Source of the DNA: an uncultured Candidatus Saccharibacteria bacterium | GTDB taxonomy: Bacteria; Patescibacteriota; Minisyncoccia; Phycocordibacterales; UBA9973 | Assembly: GCA_964481155.1 (NCBI GenBank) | Contig: CAYZSX010000002.1 | Coordinates: 1-57,529, forward strand | DNA length: 57,529 nt | Direction of reading: 5' to 3' | Shown: positions 1 through 11,782 of the stretch, piece by piece | Layout of the letters: every line of letters begins with the position of its first letter | Position numbering within the stretch: position 1 is the stretch's first letter | The notes under the pieces: model-generated | What the model was told of the DNA's origin: nothing | The model's database searches: none | The model's input: the letters and a program-made list of their open reading frames with translations, nothing else | Program-made: the position numbers and the translations under genes

Positions 1-55
1 CGAACGTGGGTCTTAAGGTTATGAGCCTTACGAGATACCTCTTCTCTACCCCGCG
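1..55 (-). tRNA. tRNA-Met (anticodon CAU), 3' part cut off by the window edge
   Basis: The reverse complement of 1..55 reads CGCGGGG-TA-GAGA-AGAGGTA-TCTC-G-TAAGG-CTCATAA-CCTTA-...CCACGTTCG. That gives an acceptor 5' half, a D arm, an anticodon arm with CAT and the start of the T arm. The 5' CGCGGGG resembles a bacterial initiator tRNA. The anticodon stem has only two G-C pairs next to the loop, so initiator, elongator and tRNA-Ile2 cannot be told apart. Confidence 0.8.
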
Positions 56-98
56 GTGTGTAGAGAGCATGATACAACAGGTATCTCTCGGGCGCAAG

Positions 99-731
99 TC
101 AGGCAATCACTCCGAGATCACGGAACACAATCTCAAAGTATGAGTATACCCGGCGCACCTCTGGCATCGTAAGCGAAAAATCAGCACCATCATGTGCGAT
201 CCGATTGCGGACCTTGTGCGCTTCCCATGCGACCTGGACTGATGGAAGTATGCTCGGTGAGACGTTTTTGAGTTTGTCTCCAAGCGTATCTCCTGGGACA
301 CCTTTGATATCGAGGACTCGGTCGAGATAGATATCGGCCTCGATGATACCGATCCTCCAGTCACTTTCTGTTTCGCTCAAAAGTTTGCCTCGTATACTTT
401 CCCATGTTTCGTTGCGAGGGACAGATTGCTCGATCGGAGCTGCCCCTGGAAGTGTGTCGTTTTGACCAGCTGAGGCAGTTGAGATTTGTGTAGGAGTAGA
501 AGATGCAGCTTTTTCTTTTGCTGCTTTTTTGGCGTCTTCTTGTTTGATCTCATAAAGTCTCACGAGACAATACAGCACAATAGTGATCCCTGCGATGAGG
601 AGGATCGATGCAAGGATCTCGAGGAATGACAAAAATCCTTGAGAAAAAATAGGAGAAATGATGTGTCCCCACAACCATGAAAAGATAAATTCTACATTGA
701 GAAATACCGGATCTGGTACAGATGATTGCAT
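99..731 (-). CDS. membrane-anchored hypothetical protein
   Basis: 210-aa ORF. It has one strong TM helix (LEILASILLIAGITIVLYCLV), a Lys/Ala-rich linker and a C-terminal soluble domain. I recognise no family. Confidence 0.6.
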   Translation of the reverse strand: MQSSVPDPVFLNVEFIFSWLWGHIISPIFSQGFLSFLEILASILLIAGITIVLYCLVRLYEIKQEDAKKAAKEKAASSTPTQISTASAGQNDTLPGAAPIEQSVPRNETWESIRGKLLSETESDWRIGIIEADIYLDRVLDIKGVPGDTLGDKLKNVSPSILPSVQVAWEAHKVRNRIAHDGADFSLTMPEVRRVYSYFEIVFRDLGVIA

Positions 732-738
732 AGAGACA

Positions 739-2124
739 TTATCTCACAGATTCTATCGTTTTGCCGAGTGCAAAAAGTGTTTGTTCACCAAATCGAGGCC
801 CTATAAACTGAATACCAAAAGGGAGTCCTTTACTATCCTTACCAGATGGTACTGAGATTGCTGGATGCTGTGCGATATTTGCAGGTACAGTAAAAAGATC
901 TGCAAGATACATTGCGACTGGATCGTTTGCTTTTTCTCCTATCTTAAACGCTACTGTTGGAGAGGTTGGTGTAACGATAGCATCATACTTTTCAAGAACT
1001 GTTTCTATCTCTTTACGAATTATTGCGCGAAGCGCTACAGCTTTGTTGTAATATGCGTCATAGTATCCATGAGAAAGAACGTATGTACCTGTGAGAATGC
1101 GTCGACGAACTTCTTTACCAAAAAGCGCCCCCCTAGTATCTCCATAAAAATCTTTGATTGACCCTGTACCAACACGATCTCCATACCGTACCCCTTCAAG
1201 ACGCGCAAGATTTGATGATACTTCTGCAGGAATCAATATATAATAAACCGCCAAAGAATCTCCAAAATGTGGCAATTCAACTTCCTCAACAATAAAACCT
1301 TCTTTTTTAAGTTTTTCAACAGTCTGTTCAAAATTTTCCTTCACTTCTTGTTCTACACCTCCTTGTGTAAAAATACCTCGAGGGATAGCAAGTCTTTTTT
1401 TAAGAACGACTTCTCGAGACTCTTGAGAAACTGAAGTACTATCCAATACGTCCTGGACTGCAATTGTATCGTAAAGAGTCTTCACATCTTCGACAGTGTG
1501 AGCGATTGGTCCAATAACATCAAATGAACTAGCCATGGCTATCAAACCGTGTCGAGATACTGTCCCATATGTTGGAAGCATACCAACCACACCACAAAAA
1601 GATGATGGTTGCCTGATAGATCCCCCAGTATCTGAACCTAGTGCAACAACCGCAAGGTCTGCAGCAACAGCTGCGGTACTACCACCAGATGAACCTCCAG
1701 GAACACGGGTTGGATCAAGTGGATTATGAGTAACTCCGTATGCAGAGTTTTCAGTTGATGCACCCATAGCTCCGTCATCCATATTTACTCGGCCAATGAT
1801 TACCGCTCCCGCTTCTTTAAGCTGTTTAACTGCAGTAGAATCATATGAAGCAACATAGTGCTCGAGCATTTTGGATGCAGCACCCGCAATATGGCCGGCA
1901 AATAAAATATTGTCTTTAAGTACAACAGGTACTCCGGTCATTGGTGTAGCGGTTCCATTATCAAACATTGCCTGAGCTTTCTCTATCTGTTCATCAACAT
2001 CAGTAAACACCTCTCGAAATATGTTGAGAGTATCTGCTTTGGCGCGAGTAATATAGTCATGTATAACAACGGCTACAGTTGTTTCTTTTGTAAGATATTT
2101 TTTATTAAGCTCTGAAATAGTCAT
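739..2124 (-). CDS. gatA: Asp/Glu-tRNA(Asn/Gln) amidotransferase subunit A
   Basis: 461 aa with the amidase signature (VPGGSSGGSTAAVAA, GSDTGGSIRQPSSFCGVVG). It lies directly downstream of gatC. Confidence 0.95.
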   Translation of the reverse strand: MTISELNKKYLTKETTVAVVIHDYITRAKADTLNIFREVFTDVDEQIEKAQAMFDNGTATPMTGVPVVLKDNILFAGHIAGAASKMLEHYVASYDSTAVKQLKEAGAVIIGRVNMDDGAMGASTENSAYGVTHNPLDPTRVPGGSSGGSTAAVAADLAVVALGSDTGGSIRQPSSFCGVVGMLPTYGTVSRHGLIAMASSFDVIGPIAHTVEDVKTLYDTIAVQDVLDSTSVSQESREVVLKKRLAIPRGIFTQGGVEQEVKENFEQTVEKLKKEGFIVEEVELPHFGDSLAVYYILIPAEVSSNLARLEGVRYGDRVGTGSIKDFYGDTRGALFGKEVRRRILTGTYVLSHGYYDAYYNKAVALRAIIRKEIETVLEKYDAIVTPTSPTVAFKIGEKANDPVAMYLADLFTVPANIAQHPAISVPSGKDSKGLPFGIQFIGPRFGEQTLFALGKTIESVR

Positions 2125-2127
2125 AAA

Positions 2128-2403
2128 TTATTCAATTACTTTTGGAACTTTTACAAAATGATCTTGGTGAGCTGGAGCGCATTCAACAAGGTCATAAGCA
2201 CTTGCTAGTGACCTAACAGTATCATCTCGAACAATATTAGTTTGCATACCACTTATATCTGGTACCACATCGAGCTGAACATTGCGAACACGGTCGACAA
2301 AGCCGATGATGTTGCCTATATCTTTTGCAAAACTTTCAAGCTCTTCATCGGGCACTGTTATACGTGCGAGCTGTGCGAGTTTCTTCACCTGATCGATATC
2401 CAT
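2128..2403 (-). CDS. gatC: Asp/Glu-tRNA(Asn/Gln) amidotransferase subunit C
   Basis: 91 aa with a typical GatC N-terminus (VKKLAQLARITVPDEELESFAKD) and C-terminus (HFVKVPKVIE). It is 3 nt upstream of gatA. Confidence 0.9.
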   Translation of the reverse strand: MDIDQVKKLAQLARITVPDEELESFAKDIGNIIGFVDRVRNVQLDVVPDISGMQTNIVRDDTVRSLASAYDLVECAPAHQDHFVKVPKVIE

Positions 2404-2446
2404 AGTGTAGTAACTATAGCAGAATATGGCCTTTTTGGGGATGGTG

Positions 2447-2474
2447 TTGACAGATAAAATATATATTTTATAAA
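2447..2474 (+). promoter_or_regulatory. candidate sigma70-type promoter for the 2524 ORF
   Basis: TTGACA (2447-2452), a 16-nt spacer, then TATAAA (2469-2474), in an AT-rich intergenic region. A perfect TATAAT at 2511-2516, only 7 nt before the ATG, is an alternative -10. AT-rich sequence produces such matches by chance. Confidence 0.3.
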
Positions 2475-2523
2475 GTTTTTACAAAATATAGCTAATGTAT
2501 AACAAAACAGTATAATTGTAGTT

Positions 2524-3135
2524 ATGAAAAAACAATGGATTGTTACTTTATTTTGCATTCAGGTTGTATTTCTTTTTATAGTTGTAAGCGGAGATTCGGG
2601 TTTGCTACCTGTATCTTACAAAATATTAGATTCTATTCTTCCACTAATTGCTGCGTGGGTACTCATTATTAATCCTATTATTTTATTTTCAGCAGGTATA
2701 TCTTTACTTAAAAAAGATATAATTTCTGCTGCTGGTATTATATTTTATTCACTTGCAACCCTATGTTTCTTAGTTAGGTTTCTAGGTCTATATCAAGAAC
2801 CCCGCAAAAGTCATGATCTGATAGTTAAAGCATATGTTAGCAACATGTTAGCGGAAGCACAGACTATATATAGCAAAACTGGTTCTTATTCATCGGCATG
2901 TGATAATCCTGTATTAGTTACCATGATCGACACAATAAAAAAGAACAATGCAAAGAAGGAGCCTGTACTTTGTTTTGGAGATAGCGATAGTTGGGTAGCA
3001 ACAACAAAATTAAGAGGGGGTAACCATGAGAAAGACGCAGTAAATTACTTTTGCTCAGATTCTACAGGTACCCGAAAAGTAATTACTGCTGAACAATACA
3101 ACTCTATTGTTAATAGCGATACACTTTGTCAATAA
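2524..3135 (+). CDS. polytopic membrane protein with a type IV pilin-like C-terminal globular domain and no prepilin leader
   Basis: 203 aa with about 3 N-terminal TM helices. The C-terminal half (AQTIYSKTGSYSSAC...VLCFGDSDSWVATTKL...NYFCSDSTGTRKVIT...LCQ) aligns by eye with the globular domains of the two pilins in this window (YYCVDSAGASK, WCIDSTGIAVS). There is no G/FTLIE processing motif. It is one of the few plus-strand genes and is visibly AT-richer than its neighbours. Confidence 0.6.
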   Translation: MKKQWIVTLFCIQVVFLFIVVSGDSGLLPVSYKILDSILPLIAAWVLIINPIILFSAGISLLKKDIISAAGIIFYSLATLCFLVRFLGLYQEPRKSHDLIVKAYVSNMLAEAQTIYSKTGSYSSACDNPVLVTMIDTIKKNNAKKEPVLCFGDSDSWVATTKLRGGNHEKDAVNYFCSDSTGTRKVITAEQYNSIVNSDTLCQ

Positions 3136-5623
<2,488 letters not shown>

Positions 5624-5639
<16 letters not shown>

Positions 5640-6232
5640 GGTGTGAGTATGATTGATTGTGTTGTAGATTTCCTATTAGTACCGTTGAGCCAGTCCATCC
5701 GAGCGGTAACGATAAGCTGCGGATCAGGTGTAGTTGTCACTAGATCCATTTTGACTGTTCGCACAAACGATGTTTCGTACCGATTTGTATCTGCATTGGA
5801 AGGATCAAACACATTGAGAGAGCCGGTATATCCATAAAATCCTGATGCTGGGAAATATGAAAGATTGGGACAATCACCTGAACACCCGACAACAGCATCG
5901 CTTACACTGTATGAGCCTTGGTATGCATCACTATATGGATTGATAATGCAGCCGTCACTATTTATATCTGTTCGACATTGCTTGTATTGATCAATCCATG
6001 TATTCCAATCCAAACCTCCCTGGGCAGCGTTGTCTCGCGTATTTCTGATAAATTCGAGCGATTCTTGGAGAAGATTTGCTGCAACAATATCGTTTTTGGC
6101 ATACCGTATAGAGAAAAATCCACCCGCAGTAAGTGTCAGCAGTGCCCCGATCGTGAGCGCGAGAATAAGAATCGCGATGAGTGTCTCGATAAGCGTAAAC
6201 CCTTTTTGGTTTTTGATGCTCTGTTTTTTCAT
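5624..6232 (-). CDS. minor pseudopilin with prepilin N-terminal methylation motif
   Basis: 202 aa with MKKQSIKNQKG/FTLIETLIAILILALTIG, a class III signal peptide with Glu at position +5. Confidence 0.8.
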
Positions 6233-6235
6233 ATA

Positions 6236-6868
6236 TTATGTACCAACGATTGGTTCTGGGGTGCGCTGTGAGAGTAGTGTCTGTACAGCAAACGGTACTG
6301 AGGTACCACCTGGCACCGATGCAACACCTTCTATCTTGACGATAACACTCGGTTGAGCTCCATCAGTATACTCTGCTCCATCCACATAAAAACTAAACGA
6401 ATCGATAGTGATCTCTGGTGATGTGATAGCGATCCAGTCGCTATCACGGGGTACTTCTGGTATTCCTGAGGTGATATCGTTGATGCTTGTTACAAAGCCA
6501 GTGTTTCTTTTTTCTATAGCACCGTTGTTGAGTCGATACTCTACAACCTGACGTTTGCCGAGCGTACTTCGCATTGAAATAATCTCATTGGGGCCAGCAC
6601 TAATCGGTTTGATTCGACAATTAGGGTCGCCCGTATTTCGAAACTCACTTCCACAGACAATCTTTTCACTCGTTCTGATATTGCGACTCATCGACTCCAT
6701 AGCAAAGTTGAGGTTGTCCATAACAGTACGCATCGCCTGGACACGTCTGGATGCATCGTTGACCGTATAGAGCGATGCGACAAGTGCAAGCACGACGATG
6801 ATAAAGAGCGAGAGCGATACCATGAGCTCAACGAGGGTGAATCCGGATTGTGATGAGTGGTACTTCAT
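6236..6868 (-). CDS. minor pseudopilin (PilW-like) with prepilin motif
   Basis: SQSG/FTLVELMVSLSLFIIVVLALV. The start was moved to the internal Met (MKYHSSQSGF) at 6868, which removes the overlap with the upstream gene ending at 6874. Confidence 0.75.
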   Translation of the reverse strand: MKYHSSQSGFTLVELMVSLSLFIIVVLALVASLYTVNDASRRVQAMRTVMDNLNFAMESMSRNIRTSEKIVCGSEFRNTGDPNCRIKPISAGPNEIISMRSTLGKRQVVEYRLNNGAIEKRNTGFVTSINDITSGIPEVPRDSDWIAITSPEITIDSFSFYVDGAEYTDGAQPSVIVKIEGVASVPGGTSVPFAVQTLLSQRTPEPIVGT

Positions 6869-6873
6869 GATTG

Positions 6874-7536
6874 TTATTGTACGCTGATCTGCCCAGTGGT
6901 CCAAATGGTCACTGATCGCTTAAGCCCTTTTGCTGACTCGAGATTGATCACAACGTAGGGTATGGTACACAAATATTCACTTTGGTTTGCACTCAAACAG
7001 ATTATTGCGTCAGGGCTTGGACGTTCAAATGTGATATCAACTTTTGCGTCGGTATAGCATACTGGTCGACCTGAACCAGGGATACCACAGATACTCGTGA
7101 TACGGTCAGCAGTTGTGATCGCAAAACTCTCGAGACACTCGTCGCTTGCGCTAGGATTGCCACACTGTAAACCTTTGTCGTACAATGGCTGATCTCCTTG
7201 ACCTCCAACCTGTGCAAAAAGTACAAACTGTTTCGGACCTGGTGTCATCGGATCTGATGGTGTAAGTGGTCCCCCAACCGAAAAACTAATGCCGTATCCT
7301 GGGAACGACCCACTATCGACACCACTAAGCCCGTCGATCGGACGAGCACTCGTCGCATAGGTTTGTGCCTTGCGGACTGAGAGTGCGATTTCTTGCGCGA
7401 GGTTGCGTACCGACACGTTGGTACTAAAGTCTGAGTAGTTAAAGATGATCACACTCGAGACCGCTGCGATGATCGCAACGACGACGATCATCTCAATGAG
7501 GGTGACACCTTTTTGTAGGTTTGTTGTTACTGCCAT
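6874..7536 (-). CDS. minor pseudopilin (GspH/FimT-like) with prepilin motif
   Basis: LQKG/VTLIEMIVVVAIIAAVSSVIIF. The start was moved to MAVTTNLQKG at 7536, leaving a 10-nt overlap with the pilD stop. Confidence 0.75.
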   Translation of the reverse strand: MAVTTNLQKGVTLIEMIVVVAIIAAVSSVIIFNYSDFSTNVSVRNLAQEIALSVRKAQTYATSARPIDGLSGVDSGSFPGYGISFSVGGPLTPSDPMTPGPKQFVLFAQVGGQGDQPLYDKGLQCGNPSASDECLESFAITTADRITSICGIPGSGRPVCYTDAKVDITFERPSPDAIICLSANQSEYLCTIPYVVINLESAKGLKRSVTIWTTGQISVQ

Positions 7537-8318
7537 ACAGGAAAGAGTGATTGTATTGTAACATTCCAGAGCGCCACGATACAAAGACCGATCACGAGAA
7601 ACGGACCAAATGCGATCTCACTCTTCATACCATATCGACGCGAGATGCCGATAAGGAACAGTCCGACGATCGCTCCCACCCAAAACGCAAGGAGTACTGC
7701 GGTAAAGCCCTGCACGATCCCGACGAGCCATCCGATCGCAAGTGCAAGCTTGACGTCGCCAAACCCCATTGCTTTGCCTTTGGAGAAATACCACAATACA
7801 AAAAACGGAAGCGCAACGATAAGTCCTCCGAGGATAAGACCCCATGCCGACGTTGTGTATGGATCCTGCACTGCGCGCCAGATGATCGACGCAAATGCAA
7901 GCAAGATCAGCGGGTATACCGCCTGATCAGGGATGATCTTGTGCCGTAGATCGTACACGGTGATGACGATGAGGAGAGCTGCAACGACCGCTGCAAATCC
8001 AAACATGATCCACGCGCCGAGTGTAAATCCGCCAATCAAAAACTTGGTATACAGGAGGACAAACACGATACCGGTGATGAGCTCAACGATCGGATACTGC
8101 ACCGAGATATGGTTGCGACAGGTACGGCACTTGCCGCGTAGTCCGATAAATGAGAACACCGGGACAAGCTCATACCACTCGAGCCTGTGGTTGCATCGCG
8201 GGCATGCACTGCGCCCAGTGACGACTGATCTCCCGGTGTTCATCCGCAAGATGACGACGTTGAGAAAACTCCCGACCAACAGTCCGATGACAAAAATAAC
8301 AAGTGGAAGAAAAAACAT
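7527..8318 (-). CDS. pilD: prepilin peptidase (A24 family)
   Basis: 263 aa and polytopic. Cys-rich cytoplasmic loop CPRCNHRLEWYELVPVFSF...GKCRTCRNHIS. Catalytic Asp motifs VYDLRHKIIPD and GFGDVKLALAIG. Confidence 0.9.
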   Translation of the reverse strand: MFFLPLVIFVIGLLVGSFLNVVILRMNTGRSVVTGRSACPRCNHRLEWYELVPVFSFIGLRGKCRTCRNHISVQYPIVELITGIVFVLLYTKFLIGGFTLGAWIMFGFAAVVAALLIVITVYDLRHKIIPDQAVYPLILLAFASIIWRAVQDPYTTSAWGLILGGLIVALPFFVLWYFSKGKAMGFGDVKLALAIGWLVGIVQGFTAVLLAFWVGAIVGLFLIGISRRYGMKSEIAFGPFLVIGLCIVALWNVTIQSLFPVWQ

Positions 8319-8364
8319 ACATACAGTATATCACCACCAGTTCTCTATGCTACCTGTGCAAAAC

Positions 8365-8391
8365 AAAAACACCCCAACTCGGGGTGTTTTT
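8365..8391 (-). terminator. rho-independent terminator after the major pilin gene
   Basis: Stem ACACCCC (8369-8375) pairs with GGGGTGT (8381-8387) around a 5-nt loop, flanked by A and T runs. On the minus strand the hairpin is followed by TTTTTGTTTTG, 13 nt after the pilin stop. Confidence 0.8.
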
Positions 8392-8403
8392 GTTTTAAGA
8401 AAA

Positions 8404-8880
8404 CTAACAATTAACAGCGCTTGCAGCTAGAGGATTATCAATTGTCTTTGATGCACCCGCGCTATCTACGCAGTAATAATCTACACCCGAACTAGCACTT
8501 ACAACATTTGCTTGCTTAAGAGGAACTGAAGCAGCCCAAGCAGAGTTTGTTGAGAAACAGTATGATGAGGTAGTTGTTTGAGCAGTTGTTCCACTTGTAT
8601 TAAGTGTTGCACCTGCTGTAGTAGCTGCTGCCGCAATCAATGCATTTATCCCACCACTTGCTGTACAAACAGTTGCATATGTTTGGTTACCGGTAGGACC
8701 GTCATAGAAGAGCTCTGCTTGTGCACGCGCGTTTGCAAGGTTTGCTTTGATGTTTGCATCAGCACCTTTTGATCGAGCAGTGTTGAGTGATGCAAGTACC
8801 ACTGATGCGAGGATACCGATGATCGCAATGACGACAAGGAGCTCAATCAGAGTGAAACCTCCTTTAAAATTCTTTTTCAT
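8404..8880 (-). CDS. pilA: type IV pilin (probable major pilin)
   Basis: 158 aa with MKKNFKGG/FTLIELLVVIAIIGILASVVLASLNTARSKG. The globular domain has four Cys. The gene has its own strong terminator and its own upstream intergenic region. Confidence 0.9.
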   Translation of the reverse strand: MKKNFKGGFTLIELLVVIAIIGILASVVLASLNTARSKGADANIKANLANARAQAELFYDGPTGNQTYATVCTASGGINALIAAAATTAGATLNTSGTTAQTTTSSYCFSTNSAWAASVPLKQANVVSASSGVDYYCVDSAGASKTIDNPLAASAVNC

Positions 8881-8968
8881 AAATCAAACTTAAAATAATT
8901 GATAATAATCGATTATTACAAATGTCTTTGTAACGTCTTATAGTATAGCACCTTGAGGTATATTGGTA

Positions 8969-9508
8969 CTATTTCTCAAGCCCTGAATCGCTACAGCTAT
9001 ATGCAAGAGTTGTGAGTCGCTTTTTATAAGAAACTGCAATACCAGTACTGTCAATACACCATCCTGGATACACAGTATCTGATTTGTCGGGATCTCCTAC
9101 GGTAGCATATATAGCATATCCCGGAGTCGGTGTTACTGTGATATTTACACGAACGCATTTACAAGGATCTGATGTTTTCTTCGCAATATCTTGTATCAAT
9201 GCAAATATAGTTGGATCATTTAATACAGAGCATGGGTACGACGCTCCCGGCAGATCAGAAGCATGGAGTGCACAACTTCCTTGTGTATTACTAGGTACAA
9301 TAACGCCATAATTTTTATTAGTGTCATAATAAATCTCCAATTGAGTACGCAACTGACTAAATGTTGATTTAATAGCTGAATCTCTCCCCTTATCTCGGGC
9401 ACTATTGAGACTCGCGAGTATGACTGACGCAAGAATACCGATGATCGCAATGACGACGAGGAGCTCGATAAGAGTAAAGCCTGATTTTGTAAATCGTGTG
9501 GTAGACAT
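8969..9508 (-). CDS. type IV pilin, second paralogue
   Basis: MSTTRFTKSG/FTLIELLVVIAIIGILASVILASLNSARDKG. The start was moved to the Met at 9508, so the gene begins 1 nt after the pilC stop instead of overlapping pilC by 71 nt. Confidence 0.85.
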   Translation of the reverse strand: MSTTRFTKSGFTLIELLVVIAIIGILASVILASLNSARDKGRDSAIKSTFSQLRTQLEIYYDTNKNYGVIVPSNTQGSCALHASDLPGASYPCSVLNDPTIFALIQDIAKKTSDPCKCVRVNITVTPTPGYAIYATVGDPDKSDTVYPGWCIDSTGIAVSYKKRLTTLAYSCSDSGLEK

Positions 9509-9509
9509 G

Positions 9510-10718
9510 TTAGTTGATACCGCTTGCGATGTTGTAGATCGGGACAAGGATCGACACAAGGAGGAGTCCGACACCCACACCGAGTGAGATGATCATAAAC
9601 GGCTCAATGAGTCCCACGAGCGTGTCGACCGCTTCGTCGACTTCGCGGTTATAAAACTTGGCAAGCATCTTGAGGATAGAGCCCATCGATCCTGTTTCTT
9701 CACCGACGAGGATAATCTGGGTCATGATCTTGGGTATCTCAGTTGGATGCGCTGAGAGTGCTTGCGAGAGTGACTTACCGGCTTTGACTGATTCCATGGC
9801 ATCGAGCATGACTGCTTGGTAGCGTTTGTTGCCGACCACGTTTGCAGTGATCTCGATCGCGCGGATGATTGGGATACCTGATGAGAGCATGGTATCCATG
9901 TTGTCAGCGATACGCGCGAGGTAGAGCTTTTGGTACAAGTTGCCGACAACCGGGATCCCGAGACGTGCTTCATCAAGCGCTTCTTTGCCGCGCTTGGTAC
10001 GAGAGAGTCTGATAAGGTACCCTGCAAATATCACAACACCAATCAAAAGGAATATGCCGTACTGCACTAGGAAGTTTGAAACCGCCATAACGATCTTGGT
10101 ATAAAACGGTACTTCTTGGCCTGATTCTTGGATGATCGCAGAGAGTTTGGGGACGACGACAGTAAACATAAGGATCATCACGGCGATAAAGATGCCAATC
10201 ACAAACGCTGGGTACACAAGCGCATGTTTGGTCTTGGACGTGAGGGCGTACTGCCGATCGAGATAGTCTGCCATGTAGGCAAATACTTGCGTGAGCTTAC
10301 CACTCTCCTCACCTGCTTTGACCATGTTGACATAAAAGTCCGAAAACACATCGGGATGTTTGGCAAGCGCTGCAGCAATCGCAGATCCTGCCTGGAGATC
10401 TGCGACGATCTGACTGAGTTTACCTGCAAGGAGTTTGTTTTCGGTGTTGTCCGCAAGGAGCGAAAAAGCCTTGAGCGCTGAAACTTGTGCATCAAAGAGT
10501 GTCGAAATCTGACGTGAGAGGATCACAACAGATTTCATCGGGATCTTTTCGTAGATAGAAAGCTCAAACCATTTCTTTTGTTCTTTTTCATCTTTGATCG
10601 TGGTGACGATGAGTCCACGACGCTGGAGTCCTGCAATCGCAAGGTCACGATTGACCGCTTCGATGACGCCTTCTCGTTTCTCTCCAGTATTGGTGATAGC
10701 TTGGTATTTAAAATTCAT
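9510..10718 (-). CDS. pilC: type IV pilus platform protein (GspF/PilC family)
   Basis: 402 aa with two T2SS-F type repeats and three TM segments. It sits between pilT and the pilins. Confidence 0.9.
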   Translation of the reverse strand: MNFKYQAITNTGEKREGVIEAVNRDLAIAGLQRRGLIVTTIKDEKEQKKWFELSIYEKIPMKSVVILSRQISTLFDAQVSALKAFSLLADNTENKLLAGKLSQIVADLQAGSAIAAALAKHPDVFSDFYVNMVKAGEESGKLTQVFAYMADYLDRQYALTSKTKHALVYPAFVIGIFIAVMILMFTVVVPKLSAIIQESGQEVPFYTKIVMAVSNFLVQYGIFLLIGVVIFAGYLIRLSRTKRGKEALDEARLGIPVVGNLYQKLYLARIADNMDTMLSSGIPIIRAIEITANVVGNKRYQAVMLDAMESVKAGKSLSQALSAHPTEIPKIMTQIILVGEETGSMGSILKMLAKFYNREVDEAVDTLVGLIEPFMIISLGVGVGLLLVSILVPIYNIASGIN

Positions 10719-10723
10719 AGGTT

Positions 10724-11782
10724 TTATAGCAATCGCTCGAGGTTTTTAGGATTAAGAGAGTATGCGTACGCGGTTTCTATTGTGATCTCTCCCTGTCTGA
10801 CGAGATCAACGAGACAGCGGTTCATATCGATCATCCCTTGCTCAAATCCTGTCTCGATGACCATATCGATCTCATGGGTGCGCTTCTCGCGGATGAGATT
10901 GGCAACAGCTGCGTTGTTGATAAGAAGTTCATAGACAGGGATACGACCTCCTGCCACACGTGGTACGAGACGCTGCGAAAAGATACCGATAAGCGATGAC
11001 GCAAGCTGGATGCGCACCTGGTCTTGTTGTGCAGCTGGAAATGAGTCGATGATACGATCGATGGTTTGTGATGCGTTGTTGGTATGCAGTGTCGAAAGAA
11101 CCAAGTGCCCCGTCTCTGCTGCAGTGACTGCTGCTGCCATCGTCTCAGCATTGCGCATCTCACCGATCAAGATGACGTTGACGTCTTGACGAAATGCACT
11201 CCGAAGCCCTGCCTCAAAGCTTGCGGTATCGATCCCTACTTCACGCTGGTCGATGATAGCCTTTTTGGGTTCGTAGACGTACTCAACAGGATCTTCGATC
11301 GTGAGCACGTGGGCTGATCGTTCTTCGTTGATGATACCTACCATCGATGACATGGTTGCGCTTTTGCCTTGTCCGACCGGTCCCACTACCAAGAAAAATC
11401 CTTGTCGACGCCGTGCAAAATCAGCGAGCATAGGAGGGAGATTGAGTTCTTGGAGTGTTTTGACATGTGGGATGAGACGCAGCACCATTGAGTACTTGTT
11501 CTGCTGAACAAACACGTTGCCACGCAAACGAATCGAACCCTGATACTCATATGAAAAATCAAGCTCTTGTGTTTCGGTAAAGTGCTTGTAGTGTTCAGGA
11601 CTCAAAACCGCCTGGATGATACCTTCGAGATCTTCTTGGGTGAGTGCTTGTCTGTTCATCAAAAAGATAAGCTCACCGTTGACACGGATCGCTGGAAATC
11701 GACCTGTCGAAAGATGAAGATCGGAACCATCTTCACGAATCAATATATCGATCAATTCTTCAAATGTCTTTTTATACTCCAT
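10724..11782 (-). CDS. pilT: twitching-motility retraction ATPase
   Basis: 352 aa. Walker A GPVGQGKSAT, Walker B/Asp box ILIGEMRNAET, His box TGHLVLSTLHTN, and a PilT-type AVANLIREKRTHEI motif. Confidence 0.9.
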   Translation of the reverse strand: MEYKKTFEELIDILIREDGSDLHLSTGRFPAIRVNGELIFLMNRQALTQEDLEGIIQAVLSPEHYKHFTETQELDFSYEYQGSIRLRGNVFVQQNKYSMVLRLIPHVKTLQELNLPPMLADFARRRQGFFLVVGPVGQGKSATMSSMVGIINEERSAHVLTIEDPVEYVYEPKKAIIDQREVGIDTASFEAGLRSAFRQDVNVILIGEMRNAETMAAAVTAAETGHLVLSTLHTNNASQTIDRIIDSFPAAQQDQVRIQLASSLIGIFSQRLVPRVAGGRIPVYELLINNAAVANLIREKRTHEIDMVIETGFEQGMIDMNRCLVDLVRQGEITIETAYAYSLNPKNLERLL

